Origin: an uncultured Chloroflexia bacterium
GTDB taxonomy: Bacteria; Chloroflexota; Ktedonobacteria; Ktedonobacterales; JADMIN01
Direction: 5' to 3'
Length of the DNA: 32,000 nt
NCBI GenBank assembly: GCA_963718915.1
Contig: CAVRAI010000013.1
Location: 210,001 to 242,000 of the forward strand
The translations under genes were made by a program, and so were the position numbers. A model generated the notes under the pieces. That model was given only the letters and a program-made list of their open reading frames with translations. It did not search any database and was not told the DNA's origin. Positions 15,963 through 23,557 of this stretch are shown piece by piece (position 1 is the stretch's first letter; each line of letters begins with the position of its first letter).

Positions 15963-17708
15963 TCAGTGTTCGCGTCGCCAGTCAGGGTCTTCGGGATGCT
16001 TCATATCCCACAGCGGGCGGCGGCTGCGCACCACGGGAATCGTCGCGAAGTTCTCCACTGGCGGCGGCGAGGTGGTCGCCCACTCCAGCGTGAACGCATC
16101 CCACGGGTCATTCCCGGCGTTTACTTTGGTGAAACCCATCGTCTTGATCCAGTTCACGATGAACACGATTACGCCGAGGGCCAGGGTAAACGCGCCGATG
16201 GTTGAGATCAGGTTGAGTTGATCCCAGCCAAGGTTAGGCGCGTAGGTGTACTGCCGTCGTGGCATCCCCAGCAAGCCCATGATGTGCATCGGGAAGAACG
16301 CCAGATTCAGCCCAATAAGGAAGAGCCAGAAGTGGAGCTTGCCCAGACGCTCATCGAGCAAGCGCCCGGAGAACTTCGGATACCAGTAGTAGATGCCCGC
16401 GAACATCGCCATGACCGAGCCACCGAAGAGCACGTAGTGAATGTGCGAGACGACGAAGTAGGTGTCGGTGAGCTGATAGTCAACCGGCACCACCGCGACC
16501 GCGACACCGTTTAACCCGCCAATCAGGAACATGGCGATGAATCCAAGCGCGAACAGCATCGAGGTGGTGAATCGTATGCGCCCTCCATACAGGGTGCCAA
16601 CCCAGTTGAAGATCTTCACCGCCGTCGGAATCGCGATCAGCGTCGTACTAGACGCGAAGAACGCCTGCGCCAGCGGCGGCAGACCCACCGCGAACATATG
16701 GTGCGCCCAGACAGTGAAGCTCAAGAAACCGATGGCAACACCGGACCAGGCAACGAACGTATACCCAAATATCGGTTTCCCGGAGAAGACCGGGACAATC
16801 TCCGATATCATGCCGAACGCGGGTAAGATGAGGATATATACCTCTGGATGGCCAAATGACCAGAACAGGTGTTGCCAGAGGAGCGGATCACCTCCGAATC
16901 CTGCCTGATAGAAGTGCGTTCCCAGATGACGGTCGAAGAGCAGCAAGAAACTGGCGACCGTCAGGCTTGGCATCGCAAACACCAGCAGGAAGGACATCAC
17001 CATAATCATCCAGGTGAAGAGCGGCATGCGGTTGATCGTGAGACCCGGCGCGCGCATGCGCAGAATCGTCACGATGAAGTTAATGCCGCCGGTAATGGAC
17101 GAGATACCGAGCAGGTTTAGGCCCGCGATCCAGAAGTCCATGTTCAAGCCTGGCGCGAAACAGCCCTGCAACCCCTGCGCCGCCTGAGTAGCTGCCGCAG
17201 CCGCCTGCGCCTGGGCAGAGGCAATTGGGGCTGCTAAACAAACGGGCGTCGCCTCGGTCAGTGGCGCGTAGCTGAACCAACCTGCGTTTGGCGCGGCGCC
17301 GAAGAGAAAGCTCATCGTCAGCAACACTCCGCCGGAAAGAAACAGCCAGTACCCCAACTGATTGATGCGCGGGAAAGCCATATCACGCGCGCCGATCATC
17401 AGCGGCACCAGATAGTTGCCGAATCCCACCCACATTGGCATGACGAACAGGAAGATCATCGTCGTCGCATGCATAGTGAAGACCTCGTCATAGGCCTCCG
17501 GGCTAAGCACCGTATTATTCGGCACAGCCAGCTGCGTACGGACGAGCAGGGCCTCGACACCGCCCATCAGGAAGAAGGCAAAAGCGGTGTACATGTACAT
17601 AATGCCGATGCGCTTGTGGTCAACAGTCGTCACCCACGAACCAATCGCGGATTGCTTCCATGACCGACGAGCGACATGTCCACGAGTAGCAACGCTCCCA
17701 ATTGCCAT
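15963..17708 (-). CDS. ctaD: Cytochrome c oxidase subunit I (A-type heme-copper oxidase)
   Basis: WFFGHPEVY-type motif FWSFGHPEVYILILPAFG, HHMF, and VVSHIHYVLFGG. 581 aa. Confidence 0.95.
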   Translation of the reverse strand: MAIGSVATRGHVARRSWKQSAIGSWVTTVDHKRIGIMYMYTAFAFFLMGGVEALLVRTQLAVPNNTVLSPEAYDEVFTMHATTMIFLFVMPMWVGFGNYLVPLMIGARDMAFPRINQLGYWLFLSGGVLLTMSFLFGAAPNAGWFSYAPLTEATPVCLAAPIASAQAQAAAAATQAAQGLQGCFAPGLNMDFWIAGLNLLGISSITGGINFIVTILRMRAPGLTINRMPLFTWMIMVMSFLLVFAMPSLTVASFLLLFDRHLGTHFYQAGFGGDPLLWQHLFWSFGHPEVYILILPAFGMISEIVPVFSGKPIFGYTFVAWSGVAIGFLSFTVWAHHMFAVGLPPLAQAFFASSTTLIAIPTAVKIFNWVGTLYGGRIRFTTSMLFALGFIAMFLIGGLNGVAVAVVPVDYQLTDTYFVVSHIHYVLFGGSVMAMFAGIYYWYPKFSGRLLDERLGKLHFWLFLIGLNLAFFPMHIMGLLGMPRRQYTYAPNLGWDQLNLISTIGAFTLALGVIVFIVNWIKTMGFTKVNAGNDPWDAFTLEWATTSPPPVENFATIPVVRSRRPLWDMKHPEDPDWRREH

Positions 17709-17764
17709 GGCGTCCTCACTGTCTAGTTCTAGCGCCTGCGCCAGCCGGGCACAGACAGCAATTG

Positions 17765-18790
17765 CTACTTCAGACTTTCCAGATAGGCGACAAGCGCATC
17801 CAGGTCAGTGCTATCGATACTCGTCTCCGAAGGCATATCAACTCCCGGTTTGACGGCCTGTGCGTCATGGACCCACGCCGTCAAATTGGCAGTGTTGTTA
17901 TCGAGCACCCAGCCAGCGATGATCGTGCGACTGCCAAAATGCGTCAGATTCGGACCAATCTGCAGCTTGTTTGGCTGGTTGACGCCATTGATCAGGTGGC
18001 ATGCGATGCACCCTTTGGTCAGGAACACCTGCTTCCCAGCGATCTGTTCCGGTGTGGTAGGCGTCGCGGCGCCTGAGGTCTGCTGCGTTACCCACGTCTG
18101 GAACTGATCGGGGGATACCACCTTCACCAGATAATCCATGTGGGCGTGTTGTGTGCCACAGAACTCGGTGCAGAGTCCGCGGAAATCGCCGGTCCGGGTT
18201 GCCTTGAGCCACGTTGTATTGTCGTGGCCGGGAATGACGTCGGTCTTGCCCGCAAGTTGAGGCACCCAGAAGCTGTGGATGACGTTGTTGGATTCCAGCT
18301 CGACATGCACTGTCGTATTGACCGGGATGTACATCTCGTCGGCGGTGACGATCTTCTGGTCAGGATACTGGAATTCCCACCACCACTGGTGCCCAATCGC
18401 CTTGACCGTCAGTGTGTTGGGGTCGTTTGGCTGTGCCAGCGCAAACATCGTCGTGATGGTGAAAAACAGAACGATGAAGAGGACCACCGTCGGAATGGCT
18501 GCCAGGATAATCTCCAACCGCTGATGTCCGCCTATCTGGCGAGCGGGAGGACTATCTGGGCGCGCACGGAAGCGGATCATCATGTAGATGAGCGTTCCGG
18601 TGACGGCGACGAAGACAATCGTTGCGACCACCAGAATAAACCAGAACAGTGTCGCCTCTTTATCGGCGGCCACGCCTGCTGGATCGAGAGTACTCGGGCT
18701 GTTTTGGTCGCAGCCCGCGAGCAAGCCCGCGACGGTGAGAGCCAGCACTGAGATGGCTCCCCAACGTGTCAGCCTGGAACGAAAAGGCAT
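17765..18790 (-). CDS. ctaC: Cytochrome c oxidase subunit II with a fused C-terminal cytochrome c domain (caa3 type)
   Basis: CuA ligands VIHSFWVP and CTEFCGTQHAHM, plus the C-terminal heme c site CIACH with a distal GVDMP. Lipobox LLAGC. I trimmed the start to the ATG at 18790 (MPFRSRL). The track start at 18931 lies over a candidate promoter. Confidence 0.9.
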   Translation of the reverse strand: MPFRSRLTRWGAISVLALTVAGLLAGCDQNSPSTLDPAGVAADKEATLFWFILVVATIVFVAVTGTLIYMMIRFRARPDSPPARQIGGHQRLEIILAAIPTVVLFIVLFFTITTMFALAQPNDPNTLTVKAIGHQWWWEFQYPDQKIVTADEMYIPVNTTVHVELESNNVIHSFWVPQLAGKTDVIPGHDNTTWLKATRTGDFRGLCTEFCGTQHAHMDYLVKVVSPDQFQTWVTQQTSGAATPTTPEQIAGKQVFLTKGCIACHLINGVNQPNKLQIGPNLTHFGSRTIIAGWVLDNNTANLTAWVHDAQAVKPGVDMPSETSIDSTDLDALVAYLESLK

Positions 18791-18902
18791 ATGCAGATCC
18801 TCGACCTCCTGGGCACTACAGAACCAACGGTCAATTGATGAAGCCACTTGGCTGTGACGTGATAAGCCCGGCCGTATCATGTCTGAAAGACAACCACCTG
18901 AT

Positions 18903-18931
18903 AGCATACACTGAAGGCGTCTGGCTGACAA
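18903..18931 (-). promoter_or_regulatory. Candidate internal promoter for ctaC-ctaD
   Basis: On the minus strand: TTGTCA (18931-18926), a 17-nt spacer, then TATGCT (18908-18903). It sits in the 160-nt gap after the SCO gene. Confidence 0.35.
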
Positions 18932-18950
18932 TTCCCCGAAGAATCTCCCA

Positions 18951-19649
18951 CTATTTGTCGCTGTTGAGTATCTTCAAGTCATCGGCAAGCGCATTTTGGT
19001 CGAAGGCGGCGTCGAGATAGACCCGCTCGCGCCCCTGCGCATCAATCAACCAGACACCGCCCGTGTGCTGCACCTTGCCAGCGTCATCCGCGCCAGGCGT
19101 CGTGGCGCCACCTTCAACCGCCACAGAATACGCTGACCAAACCGGCGCTAACTCTGCCTGCGTTCCCAGCAGGTAATGGAGCGTGCCGGTCAATCCGTGT
19201 TTCGCCGTAAAGTTGATCGCGGTCTGCGGTGTATCGCCGACGGGATCAGTACTCACAGCCACCCAACGCACATTCTTGAACTGCGACCCAGAACTCTTCA
19301 GGACGCTCTGGAACTTCGACGCGGTCAGCGGACACTCATCGGTGCAGTGCGTATAGAAGAACGTCAGCACGACAGGGTGTCCGCGCAGTTCTGAAAGCGT
19401 GACACGATTGCCGCTCTGATCAGTCAGGGTAAAATTGGGCGCTGAGGTTCCACTCAACGACGTTCCCTTGAGCTGCGCGGAGGCATTCTGGTTGTTGCCA
19501 AGCACCGTGTGCGAGATGAGCACACCTGCGACAATCACCACAAGCGCGCCGACTAACAGTCGCGAAATCAGGCGTAGCATCGCCGCATTATTGCGTATTG
19601 GCCGTCGTGGCGCTGTGGGTTGTGGTTGCCGAGTCGTCGGAGTCGCCAT
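18951..19649 (-). CDS. SCO1/SenC copper chaperone (thioredoxin fold)
   Basis: CxxxC copper motif FFYTHCTDECPL and a downstream conserved His (VQHTGGVWLID), preceded by an N-terminal TM anchor. Confidence 0.88.
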   Translation of the reverse strand: MATPTTRQPQPTAPRRPIRNNAAMLRLISRLLVGALVVIVAGVLISHTVLGNNQNASAQLKGTSLSGTSAPNFTLTDQSGNRVTLSELRGHPVVLTFFYTHCTDECPLTASKFQSVLKSSGSQFKNVRWVAVSTDPVGDTPQTAINFTAKHGLTGTLHYLLGTQAELAPVWSAYSVAVEGGATTPGADDAGKVQHTGGVWLIDAQGRERVYLDAAFDQNALADDLKILNSDK

Positions 19650-19668
19650 CCCGCTCTCCCTCCGCCGC

Positions 19669-20565
19669 CTAATGAATCAAGTGATCGACTACCATAATGG
19701 CAAAGAGCAGCGCCAGATAGTAGTTCGAGAACCAGAATAATCGCCGCGCGCTCGCCAGCGTCTTCTCACGAGCTAGCATGATGGCGAGCACCAACACAGC
19801 ACCGCCAAGAAGCACTGCGGAGACTAGATAGAGCATCCCGACAACCTGTGTCGTCACCAGCACGCAACTCGCCGCCAGCAGCAGCAAAGTATAGAGGATG
19901 ATTTGGCGGTGGGTCTCACGTTCACCCGCAACCACCGGCAGCATAGGCACGCCTGCCCGCTCGTAGTCCTTGCGCAACACCAGCGACAACGCCCAAAAAT
20001 GCGGCGGTGTCCACAAGAAGATGATCAAAAACATCCAGACAGCGGCGAGACTCAAAGTTCCCGTGGAGGCGGCCCAGCCGACCAGCACCGGCACCGCGCC
20101 CGCTGCCCCCCCAATCACGATGTTCTGCGGCGTCGTCCGCTTGAGCCACATCGTGTAGACCCCCACATAAAAGGCAATCGCCGCGAACGCCAAGAGCGCC
20201 GCCACCAGATTGACCACCAGGCTCAGCAGCAGGAAGGAGGCGATCCCCAGACTGATCCCAAAGACGAGCGCCTGCTTCTCGCCCACCTTGTGGCTGGGCA
20301 GGGCGCGGCTGCGGGTGCGACTCATCACTTGATCGATGTCGCGATCCCAGTAGCAGTTGAGGGCGTTGGCGCTGCCTGCCGCCAGCGCGCCACCGAGCAG
20401 GGTCGCCAGCACGACGGGCAGGCTCGGCATCCCCGCCACCGCCATCGCCGCCAGCGTCGTGCCCAGCAGCAAGACCGTCACATGCGGCTTCATCAGCCCG
20501 ATATAGGCTCCTAGCGTCCTGCGCCAGGACGCGCTTGACATACCCGAGACTTCTGCGCGCTGCAT
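19669..20565 (-). CDS. ctaB: Protoheme IX farnesyltransferase (heme O synthase)
   Basis: UbiA-family motif NCYWDRDIDQVMSRTRSRALP and PPHFWAL. I prefer the ATG at 20565 (GGAAGG upstream, candidate TACAAT -10 at 20613-20608) over the track start at 20637. Confidence 0.88.
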   Translation of the reverse strand: MQRAEVSGMSSASWRRTLGAYIGLMKPHVTVLLLGTTLAAMAVAGMPSLPVVLATLLGGALAAGSANALNCYWDRDIDQVMSRTRSRALPSHKVGEKQALVFGISLGIASFLLLSLVVNLVAALLAFAAIAFYVGVYTMWLKRTTPQNIVIGGAAGAVPVLVGWAASTGTLSLAAVWMFLIIFLWTPPHFWALSLVLRKDYERAGVPMLPVVAGERETHRQIILYTLLLLAASCVLVTTQVVGMLYLVSAVLLGGAVLVLAIMLAREKTLASARRLFWFSNYYLALLFAIMVVDHLIH

Positions 20566-20653
20566 GCTATACCCTTCCACTCCTGGGACGACGCCGTGGT
20601 CTGTTTTATTGTACTGCTCTTGCCTGAATGTTACCATTGCAGCTTCAGCAATC

Positions 20654-20784
20654 TCCCTGACAATTTCCTGAACGCGCCAAGGGCATCACAGAGGGTAAAA
20701 CTGGTACCATTGCAGAAATTCTCTGTCCAACGATAGTATCAAGAGAAGAGCTATAGCATAGCCCGTTCAGGAAATAGTCAGGTG
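20654..20784. promoter_or_regulatory. Divergent control region with mirrored pairs of TCAGGRA-type boxes
   Basis: Minus-sense boxes TCAGGGA (20654-20660) and TCAGGAA (20665-20671). Plus-sense boxes TCAGGAA (20767-20773) and TCAGGTG (20778-20784). Each pair is spaced 11 bp. The inner boxes belong to a perfect 12-nt inverted repeat, ATTTCCTGAACG (20663-20674) and CGTTCAGGAAAT (20764-20775). There is also an 11-nt direct repeat TACCATTGCAG at 20632 and 20705, and a candidate promoter TTGCAG-18-TAGTAT at 20710-20739. Confidence 0.4.
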
Positions 20785-20791
20785 GACTCAG

Positions 20792-22303
20792 ATGAACCCC
20801 GACGCCCACATGCTACGTGTCAACGAGAACAATTCGAGTGGCGCCACTCATCCAGAATTGAAGGATGCGCCATCGAAGATGGTGGCGCGCATGCGGCATG
20901 CCCTGACAGATTCGCTCACCTCCTTCCATCAGCCTATCAGAACAACGGGCGTTTCGCCGCTCTCTGCTGAGGCAACATATATCGCCACCGCGCTAGAGAC
21001 ACTCGAAAAACTCCTGGCCGATACCCGCGCTACCGCGCCGCTCCAAATCCTTCCCGTCGAACTGGCCGATGTGCTGATGCAGTTGTTAGCGACGTTGAAA
21101 ACGTCGGCCCCTCATCACAGCCTGGAACTGGCGTTGCCTGGGGACAATCCGACCATCATGGCTGACGAGCAGACCGTCACCGAGACAACGCGGCTGTTGG
21201 TGACGACGGCTATCGCGCTTGCGCCTCATGGTGGCTCGATACGGGTATCATTGCGCTCGCACGAAGAAGGAGCGCTGATCGGCATCCGCCAGCACGAGAC
21301 GGTGCTCTCAGAAGAGCAGCTTGGCGAACTCTTCGACCCGTTTCTCGCCGTACCCGACCTGGATGCAAGCCGACGCACCGCGTTGCTTTCGCTGTCGGTA
21401 GCACGAGGTCAGGTAGCAAGCCACAGTGGCAGAATCTGGGCTGAGGCAACCACGCGCGCCGGAGGGATGACCTTTTATGTATGGTGGCCGCAAACGCCCA
21501 CACTTCCGCCAGAACCGGTAGAGATCCCCGCGGAATTGGCGCCTATGCCAGCACGATTGCCCCTGGACCGTCGCCAGCTGGTGGTCTTGATCCTGGAGGG
21601 CGATATTCGTATGGCCAGGTATCTACGTGCGAACACCGAGGCGCACGGCTATCTCGCGCATACCTGCGGGAACGAGGAAGAGGCGCTCAAGTGCATTGAC
21701 CGTGAGGAGCCTGATCTGCTCCTGGTGGATAGCGGCGCACCAACCATGACGGAAGGCGGTTTGCTCACGCGCCTGCGGCAATACGTGAGTGCGCCTATCA
21801 TTGTTTTGGGACGAAACACAGATCCGCGGATGTGCGCGCGGATGCTCGATGCAGGCGCTTCCGATTACATTCCGCGACCGTTCAACATCGAAGAGTTGAT
21901 GGCGCGCATTCGCGCGGCGCTGCGTGTAGCACAGGCCACCCCAGACGCGAGCGCACGGTCAGGGGTGGTGGTGTTGGGGAAACTGGAGATAGACCTGGCG
22001 CATCAACAGGTACGCGAGAATGAGCGCCCCATCGCGCTCAGCCGGACGGAATATCGCCTCTTAAGGGCGCTTGCGCAACACCCCGGTATGGTCGTCTCGC
22101 ATTCGCATCTGCTGGAGCGTGTCTGGGGCGCTGGCTATGGACAGGAAACCGAGTTTCTCTGGGTCTACATCCGCCGCCTGCGTCGCAAAATTGAACCAGA
22201 TCCCGCCCATCCGCGATACATTCTCACGGCTCCTGGCGTAGGATATCAACTTGCCGAATCGCCTATACTCACAGCCAACCAGAGCCAGCAGGCACACCCC
22301 TAG
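20792..22303 (+). CDS. Atypical fusion regulator: degenerate histidine-kinase core, degenerate receiver and an OmpR/PhoB winged-helix DNA-binding domain
   Basis: H-box-like MVARMRHALTDSLTSF. The CA-like region lacks N, G1 and G2 residues (LLVTTAIALAPHGG; RQHETV; TALLSLSV). The receiver has D313, but G340 at the Thr position and R362 at the Lys position (DYIPRPF). The C-terminus LSRTEYRLLRALAQHPGMVVSHSHLLERVWG...VYIRRLRRKIE...TAPGVGYQL is canonical Trans_reg_C. GGTGG RBS. Confidence 0.8.
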   Translation: MNPDAHMLRVNENNSSGATHPELKDAPSKMVARMRHALTDSLTSFHQPIRTTGVSPLSAEATYIATALETLEKLLADTRATAPLQILPVELADVLMQLLATLKTSAPHHSLELALPGDNPTIMADEQTVTETTRLLVTTAIALAPHGGSIRVSLRSHEEGALIGIRQHETVLSEEQLGELFDPFLAVPDLDASRRTALLSLSVARGQVASHSGRIWAEATTRAGGMTFYVWWPQTPTLPPEPVEIPAELAPMPARLPLDRRQLVVLILEGDIRMARYLRANTEAHGYLAHTCGNEEEALKCIDREEPDLLLVDSGAPTMTEGGLLTRLRQYVSAPIIVLGRNTDPRMCARMLDAGASDYIPRPFNIEELMARIRAALRVAQATPDASARSGVVVLGKLEIDLAHQQVRENERPIALSRTEYRLLRALAQHPGMVVSHSHLLERVWGAGYGQETEFLWVYIRRLRRKIEPDPAHPRYILTAPGVGYQLAESPILTANQSQQAHP

Positions 22304-22340
22304 GGATTTGAAGTAGAAGATATATCAGGAATTTCCCTGA

Positions 22341-22370
22341 TTGTCACTCTCGGACGCCTTTTGCTATAGT
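22341..22370 (+). promoter_or_regulatory. Sigma70-type promoter for cupredoxin gene 1
   Basis: TTGTCA (22341-22346), an 18-nt spacer, then extended -10 TGcTATAGT (22362-22370). The palindrome ATCAGG-N6-CCTGAT (22324-22341) abuts the -35. Confidence 0.45.
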
Positions 22371-22522
22371 TTCCACTGGTATGCGTTACGCTATCCTCTT
22401 CCGGCATATTTGCTGGAGAACGACAACGGCTGAGTCCACCGCAACCGCGCTACGCGCATCGACGGGCTGGGGTAAGCTAGCCGAATCGCATAGTGGAATA
22501 ATAGCAAAGGAACGACATAGCT

Positions 22523-22918
22523 ATGAAAAAGCTCGCATTACTCGTGCTTCCCCTGCTGCTTCTTGGGGCAATAGCAGCGGCGGGTTGTGGCAAGACCCCC
22601 GGCGGGCCAAGCACTCCCTCTGGCCCTGTAGATCACGTTGAAATGGATGCAACGAATTTCGCGGTAAGCGCTGTAACCGTCAAGGCCGGGGTACCGTTTA
22701 ACTTCGTTGACCCAACGGACACGGGTGGTATCCACATCATCTGCGCGGGCCACAATGGGAAGTGTATCGCCAATGCCGATGCGCCGTCAGCGCTGGCAAA
22801 TCCTGGCTTCAACATCAATCCTGGCGACACGAAGACCGTCACCTTCGATAAGCCGGGAACGTACCAAATCGCGTGTACAGTTCACCCCGATATGAATCTG
22901 ACAATTACCGTACAATAA
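22523..22918 (+). CDS. Cupredoxin-fold lipoprotein, amicyanin/plastocyanin-like type-1 copper site
   Basis: Lipobox AAAGC. The ligand pattern is His (GGIHII) with CTVHPDM (C-x2-H-x2-M, as in amicyanin). There is an extra Cys pair CAGHNGKC. Confidence 0.75.
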   Translation: MKKLALLVLPLLLLGAIAAAGCGKTPGGPSTPSGPVDHVEMDATNFAVSAVTVKAGVPFNFVDPTDTGGIHIICAGHNGKCIANADAPSALANPGFNINPGDTKTVTFDKPGTYQIACTVHPDMNLTITVQ

Positions 22919-22971
22919 CGATGCGGCGAGCGACGTCACGAATTCTCGTGCCACTCAACTCGCATCTTCTA

Positions 22972-23010
22972 CGAGAAGGCTCTCTTCATCAGATGAAGAG
23001 AGCCTTCTCG
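22972..23010 (+). terminator. Perfect 18-bp hairpin downstream of cupredoxin gene 1 (no U-tract)
   Basis: CGAGAAGGCTCTCTTCAT (22972-22989), a 3-nt loop, then ATGAAGAGAGCCTTCTCG (22993-23010). All 18 pairs are Watson-Crick. Confidence 0.5.
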
Positions 23011-23044
23011 CATGTGTGGAAGCCATCGTGCAATAATATGGATA

Positions 23045-23053
23045 TGGTATAGT
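23045..23053 (+). promoter_or_regulatory. Extended -10 element TGgTATAGT upstream of cupredoxin gene 2
   Basis: TGGTATAGT at 23045-23053, 60 nt before the ATG at 23113. I found no good -35. Confidence 0.4.
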
Positions 23054-23112
23054 GTCGCTGGTTGCCCTCTGGCGACCCGCGCAGTCTTTAGAATTCAGGG
23101 ATTGTCTCGCGC

Positions 23113-23550
23113 ATGAAGACCCCGCGCGCACTGGTTACCTTTCTGTTCTTGACAGCGCCACTGCTGTTGACGATAGGCCTGACCGCCTGTGCCATCGCAC
23201 AAGCTACAACTCCGACACCGCCTGCCAACTTCACGCCACGGCCGACACCGGGAGGAGGCGCAAACAGCGTTGATGTCACTGCGATGGACTTTGCCAAGTA
23301 CAGGCTTACGGTAAAGCAGGGCACTGAGGTGACATTTGTGGTACGGCTAGATTCAGGACCACATATCCTTTGTCTCGGCACAAACGGCCACTGCGACCCC
23401 TCGTTGCCCGGCCCGCAGGAGTTGCGCCAGGATGGTGGATTCAGCGTTGATGCGGGACAGTCTCTGACGCTGGACTTTGTGTCGCCGGGCGCCTATCCGA
23501 TTACTTGCGCCATCTACCCTTCTATGAATATGGTGATAACCGTCACCTGA
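23113..23550 (+). CDS. Cupredoxin-fold lipoprotein paralog with an altered metal site (His to Tyr)
   Basis: Lipobox GLTAC. It aligns with the upstream paralog: [12 protein letters not shown] against IHIICAGHNGKC, and CAIYPSM against CTVHPDM. Confidence 0.7.
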   Translation: MKTPRALVTFLFLTAPLLLTIGLTACAIAQATTPTPPANFTPRPTPGGGANSVDVTAMDFAKYRLTVKQGTEVTFVVRLDSGPHILCLGTNGHCDPSLPGPQELRQDGGFSVDAGQSLTLDFVSPGAYPITCAIYPSMNMVITVT

Positions 23551-23557
23551 ACATTAC

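Noticed and set aside
19903-20514. Long plus-strand ORFs antisense to real genes: 19903-20514 (203 aa), 18140-18751 (203 aa), 3448-3960 (170 aa), 11865-12392 (175 aa), 20782-20970, and many shorter ones.
   Set aside because: Their composition is Arg/His/Gln/Pro-rich and low in complexity, typical of the antisense frame of GC-rich genes. Each lies fully inside a strongly supported minus-strand gene (ctaB, ctaC, radical SAM, ccmF). None shows a recognisable motif.
22340-22346. ATTGTC(A) hexamer recurring at 22340, 18925-18931 (minus), 20656-20662 (minus) and 23101, considered as a transcription-factor motif.
   Set aside because: Two of the copies sit at correct spacing from -10-like hexamers, so they are most simply -35 variants (TTGTCA). 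The count is too low to claim more. The adjacent TCAGGRA boxes are the better-supported recurring signal.
22377-22522. The roughly 145-nt leader of cupredoxin gene 1 as a possible riboswitch or small ORF (track ORF 22381-22641).
   Set aside because: I recognise no riboswitch consensus in it. The track ORF runs out of frame into the cupredoxin gene and looks non-coding. It cannot be assessed further without covariance analysis.
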